From: an uncultured Actinomycetota bacterium
GTDB taxonomy: Bacteria; Actinomycetota; Actinomycetes; JAHEKZ01
Assembly (NCBI GenBank): GCA_963829525.1
Contig: CAWHIJ010000003.1
Location: forward strand, 1,248,001-1,312,000
Reading direction: 5' to 3'
Length of the DNA stretch: 64,000 nt
Made by a program: the position numbers and the translations under genes. Below the pieces are notes generated by a model. It was not told the origin of the DNA and did not search any database. It worked only from the letters and a program-made list of their open reading frames with translations. Below are positions 62,634 through 64,000 of this stretch, in pieces. Position 1 is the stretch's first letter. Every line of letters starts with the position of its first letter.

Positions 62634-64000
62634 GTGGCCGCCGACCTGATCGACAATGTTGTCTCGCTCTGCAAGCGTCGAGGCTTCGTCTACCCCAGCT
62701 CTGAGATCTACGGCGGCCAGCGTGCGGCGTGGGACTACGGCCCCCTCGGCGTTGAGCTCAAGGAGAACGTCAAGCGCCAGTGGTGGCAGTCGGTCGTGCG
62801 CGAGCGGGACGACATCGTCGGCGTCGACACCTCCGTCATCCTCGCGCGTGAGGTGTGGGAGGCGTCTGGGCACGTCTCGGCTTTCGTCGACCCGCTGACC
62901 GAGTGCACGTCGTGCCACAAGCGGTTCCGTGCCGACCACCTGGAAGAGGCGTTCGAGGCCAAGCACAAGCGTGCGCCTGAGTCGCTTGCGGAGGTCAACT
63001 GCCCCAACTGCGGCAACAAGGGTCAGTTTACTGAGCCGAAGCTCTTCAACGGCTTGTTGAAGACCCATCTTGGTCCCGTCGAGGACGGCTCGGGTACGGC
63101 GTATCTGCGCCCGGAGACCGCCCAGGGGCTGTTCATTTCGTTCGCCCAGGTGCAGCAGGTGTCGCGTCGCAAGGTGCCGTTCGGTATCGCGAACGTGGGG
63201 AAGTCGTTTCGCAACGAGATCACGCCGGGGAACTTCATCTTCCGCACCCGCGAGTTCGAGCAGATGGAACTGGAGTTCTTCGTCAAGCCGGGGACCGACG
63301 AAGAGTGGCACCAGCAGTGGATCGACGCCCGAATGGCCTGGTACGCCGATCTCGGCATCTCGCCCGAAAACCTGCGCCTCTACGAGCACCCCGGTGAGAA
63401 GCTCTCGCACTACTCCAAGCGCACCGTCGATCTCGAGTACCGCTTCAAGTTCGGCGGGCAAGAGTTCAGCGAACTCGAGGGTGTCGCCAACCGCACCGAC
63501 TTCGACCTCAAGGCGCACGCCGAGGCGTCCGGCCAGGACCTGTCGTTCTTCGACCAGGAGTCCGGTGAACGTTGGTACCCCTACGTGATCGAGCCAGCCG
63601 CGGGCGTCAACCGGGCGATGCTGGCCTTCCTGCTCGATGCGTACGCCGAGGACGAAGCGCCCAATGCCAAGGGTGGCGTCGACAAGCGGACTTTGCTGCG
63701 TCTCGACGCGCGTCTGGCACCCGTGAAGGTGGCTGTTCTGCCGCTGTCGCGGAACGCCGATCTGTCACCGAAGGCGCGCGATGTGGCGTCCGCGCTGCGG
63801 AAACGGTGGAACGTCGACTTCGACGACGCCGGTGCCATCGGACGCCGCTACCGGCGTCAGGACGAAATCGGAACCCCGTACTGCGTGACGGTCGACTTCG
63901 ACTCCATTGACGACCACGCAGTGACCGTGCGCGAGCGCGACACCATGAAGCAGGAGCGCATCGGGATCGACGGCCTCGTCGACTTCCTCACCCCCCACCT
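62634..64000 (+). CDS. glyS: Glycine--tRNA ligase, homodimeric type (runs off window end)
   Basis: [59 protein letters not shown]. Confidence 0.97.
   Translation, partial: MAADLIDNVVSLCKRRGFVYPSSEIYGGQRAAWDYGPLGVELKENVKRQWWQSVVRERDDIVGVDTSVILAREVWEASGHVSAFVDPLTECTSCHKRFRADHLEEAFEAKHKRAPESLAEVNCPNCGNKGQFTEPKLFNGLLKTHLGPVEDGSGTAYLRPETAQGLFISFAQVQQVSRRKVPFGIANVGKSFRNEITPGNFIFRTREFEQMELEFFVKPGTDEEWHQQWIDARMAWYADLGISPENLRLYEHPGEKLSHYSKRTVDLEYRFKFGGQEFSELEGVANRTDFDLKAHAEASGQDLSFFDQESGERWYPYVIEPAAGVNRAMLAFLLDAYAEDEAPNAKGGVDKRTLLRLDARLAPVKVAVLPLSRNADLSPKARDVASALRKRWNVDFDDAGAIGRRYRRQDEIGTPYCVTVDFDSIDDHAVTVRERDTMKQERIGIDGLVDFLTPH

Overview
GC-rich Actinomycetota chromosome segment, almost entirely core genome. 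Order: valS (partial, -) | folC, DUF4233-like, ndk, mreBCD, pbp2, rodA, radical-SAM pair, rne, rplU, rpmA, obgE, proB, hypothetical, proA, small membrane protein, nadD, LCP/LytR_C, rsfS, His-phosphatase, tRNA-Ala(GGC), agmatine deiminase + TetR, membrane GGDEF, leuS, degV, HExxH protein (-), comEA/comEC, MFS (-), holA, rpsT (-), lepA, acyl-CoA synthetase, MBL, hemW, hydrolase, hrcA, dnaJ, rsmE, HIT, phoH, ybeY, CBS/hemolysin, cdd-like, GNAT (-), era, AI-2E (-), leuA with Leu leader, GNAT (-), recO, uppS, a zinc cluster (znuACB-smtB-zur-CDF, -), two small genes, glyS (partial). I see no CRISPR array, prophage, transposase or defence system, and no large novel system can be demonstrated from the sequence alone. 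The best leads are small-scale: a structured ~390-bp leader with a uORF upstream of an MFS pump; a znuC with no canonical start codon; a combined zinc uptake/export/two-repressor locus; sigma28-like promoters on the diguanylate cyclase and an uncharacterised HExxH protein; and many leaderless starts. Ten frameshifts confined to 8.7-13.1 kb (rodA, radical SAM, rne) are most likely consensus errors. All calls come from reading motifs and synteny by eye; no searches were run.
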